Below, in pieces: positions 61,665 to 64,000 of a stretch of 64,000 nucleotides of DNA. The DNA is taken from positions 24,614,001-24,678,000 of the forward strand of contig NC_043001.1 of assembly GCF_006345805.1 (NCBI RefSeq). The letters are read 5' to 3'. Under the pieces are notes generated by a model, which had not been told where the DNA came from, ran no database searches, and was given only the letters and a program-made list of their open reading frames with translations. The DNA is from Octopus sinensis (lineage: Eukaryota). The first letter of the stretch is position 1. Each line of letters begins with the position of its first letter. Made by a program: the position numbers and the translations under genes.

Positions 61665-62015
61665 GGAGTACCCTTCAATTGTTGGGCAATATGCTGTGCT
61701 TGAGAAGACTTGTTGAGTCAAGTGAAATGTTGTGACCTATGCCAGTGCCGCTTGACTGACTCCAGTGCCAGTGACATGTAAAAAGCGCCATTCAAGCATG
61801 GTCAATGCCAGTACTGTATGACTGGCCCTCGTGCCAGTGGCACGTAAAAGCAACTCACTACACTCTCGGAGTGGTTGGTGTTAGGAAGGGCATCCAGCTG
61901 TAGAAACCTTGCCAGAGCAGATTGGAGCATGGTGCAGCCTCCTGGCTTGGCTCTCCTCAGTCAAGCCATCTAACCCAACCCAGCATGAAAAAAGGATGTT
62001 AAACAATGATAATAA
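61665..62015 (+). mobile_element. SINE family B with extended 5' part
   Basis: GCTGTGCTTGAGAAGAC...GTTAGGAAGGGCATCCAGCTGTAGAAAC...GTTAAACAATGAT. Confidence 0.8.
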
Positions 62016-62098
62016 TGATATATATATATATAAGAATTTTTTGCATAATAAGATAAAAACCAAGGGTGTGTAGATATTAGAACATTTATAGATAGAAG

Positions 62099-62150
62099 GT
62101 CTTACAGCTGTTTCCAGGATATTTATTAATTATATCCCTTCATCGGAGAC
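62099..62150 (-). ncRNA. Minimal Type I hammerhead motif with a U4C substitution in a Penelope-like end
   Basis: GUCU CCGAUGA A GGGAUAU-loop-AUAUCCU G GAAAC AGCU GUA AGAC; palindromic ACAGCUGU stem III; stem I GUCU/AGAC. Confidence 0.65.
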
Positions 62151-63014
62151 GGTGTGAGAGAATAGTTAAGTAGTAGTTAATTTAGATGTGATACAAAATA
62201 GAGAGTGAGGTGGAGGAAAGAAAACAGATGTGAGATATGTAGGGATATTGAATTTGTAGATCCATTTTTGAGGCAGAATCGTATATATGTAAGATTCCAA
62301 TACCTTATGAGAAAAATCCAACAGCATTTAAAATATAGACAGACAATCAAAGGGGAAAATTTGGTAACTGAGACAAAATGAATAATTTCCGACATAATTT
62401 TCTCCCTATTTGTTTGAAATCATTACATTGTGAGTATTGCATTATCATTTTATACTGTTGCATTAACTCTGGAAGTGAAAATTGGTTAGCATAGCTGTTT
62501 TGTTGATGGTGGGAGAATATGAAACATAGTCAGATGACAGGTACTTTTCATCTAGAAATTTGGCCTCAAATTTGTCCTGATTGTTATTGAGGTTGCTAAT
62601 AAAATATCTGGATTATTTCTGGTGTCTAACAATCAATATTCTTTTCTCTGTTGGATTCCAAGTCAATCTTTTCCCACACTAATGTATAATTTGATAATTT
62701 TCAATTTTCATAAAATAATGTCTAAAAGGGAACACAATGAGTAACGACTAATTTCAATAATTTCTTCCTTTGATTGTTTGGTGCATAAATATATCAGTAA
62801 GAGGGCCACTGCAGCTAATCATGAAGAAGCTATACAGAATAATTTATGTTGAGTTTTTAGATTCAGTTATGATTTGATTGTATAATATTCTTAGAATGAC
62901 ATTGTATGGTAGGTGTAAGAAGCCAGATCTGGTTGGTTTTAGTATAAAATAGGTATAATATTTGGGCTAGATTTGGCTGGTTTAAATGCTAAAGACCCTT
63001 CCCTGGTCATATAG

Positions 63015-63455
63015 ACTCTCAGGGCCAGTTTTCTGGTTTTTGTGGTGCATGTGTTTATCCCCTGGATGGGATACCAGTCCATTGCAGTATTACTCATTTT
63101 CACCAGCTGAGTGAACTGGAGCAACATGAAATGAAGTGTTTTGCTCAAGAACACAGTGTGTTGCCTAGTCCAGGTGAAGGCATATGGCTCAGTGATTTGA
63201 TTCCTAAGCTGGATTCTGTTGTGTTCTTGAGCAAGACACTTTATTTCATGTTGCTCCATTTCACTCAGCTGTAGAAATGAGTTGCAACATCACTGACGCC
63301 AAGCTGTGTCAGCCTTTGCCTTTCAGTTGGATAACATTGTTGGTGTGGAGAGGAAAGGTCGATGTGCATGGGCAACTGCTGGTCTTCCACAAAACAACCT
63401 TGCCCAGGTATGTACCTAAGAGAGAAACTTTCTAGGTGTGACTGAAAGGGTCTTT
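63015..63455. mobile_element. Head-to-head pair of CORE-like SINE pieces (- at 63015-63173, + at 63174-63455)
   Basis: CAGCTGAGTGAACTGGAGCAACATGAAATGAAGTG..GCTCAAGAACACA is mirrored by TGTGTTCTTGAGCAAGACACTTTATTTCATGTTGCTCCATTTCACTCAGCTG. Confidence 0.8.
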
Positions 63456-64000
63456 ACCCCTTTACTCCTTTTACTCAGTCCATGAATTGAAGCCACAATT
63501 TTATGATCATGAGGCCAGCATCCTAACCTTTTGGTTATGTACCTTCACAAATACCCAAGCATTAAACATAAATGAGCTAAGAAAAATAACTCTGAGGGGC
63601 ATGCTTGATTTCCTAATTCAAACCAAAAATAAAATTATCCCTTTTGGTGAATTAGTATTTATTCCCCAGCTCTGAAGCACCTACTGACTTTTCATATTGA
63701 AGCTCATAAAAAAATTTAAAATTTCTTCACAAAGGTTTTCTCCTACCCTAATCCATATATTGGACTGCTATTTTCTCTTTGCTTTTCTATCACTAGTACA
63801 ACAGCTGTTGTTCTACTGATCTTATTAATCCTCTCCCACTTACAATCAAACTCCCTTGATATACTTACACACCATCTGTTATCTTTGCTGAATCATGTTC
63901 CCAAAATCCACAACTAAGCACCCACACTTTGTTTCTTTCTTAAAGTGCTATGACTTCAACTACTAATGTGTAGCAGTTCAGCTTGATTTTTATTTCTTTT

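Overview
AT-rich, microsatellite-dense eukaryotic DNA that is mostly transposable-element debris. The repeat families look like those of octopus (cephalopod) genomes, but the species is an inference. No host gene can be named; only a low-confidence set of small minus-strand candidate exons was found. Supported content: (1) a 5'-truncated CR1/L2-group LINE (APE endonuclease plus RT, two frameshifts) at 34937-38130 on the minus strand; (2) fragments of RTE and R4/Dong-clade (RLE) LINEs; (3) about 50 SINE copies from five families, labelled A, B, C, E and F here; (4) two non-autonomous Helitrons; (5) several MITEs (TA-TSD pogo/Tigger types, two long fold-backs, one GG-ended element with an 8-bp TSD, one TTAA type); (6) a 3 x ~440-bp tandem triplication; (7) many short Penelope-like terminal repeats. 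The most interesting signal is a set of at least seven minimal Type I hammerhead-ribozyme motifs in these Penelope-like repeats, plus a related family that inserts as fold-backs with a different breakpoint each time. Also notable: SINE family A shares its 3' tail with the CR1-type LINE in this window, a candidate SINE/LINE partner pair. Coordinates of degenerate repeats are approximate (about +/-10-20 bp).
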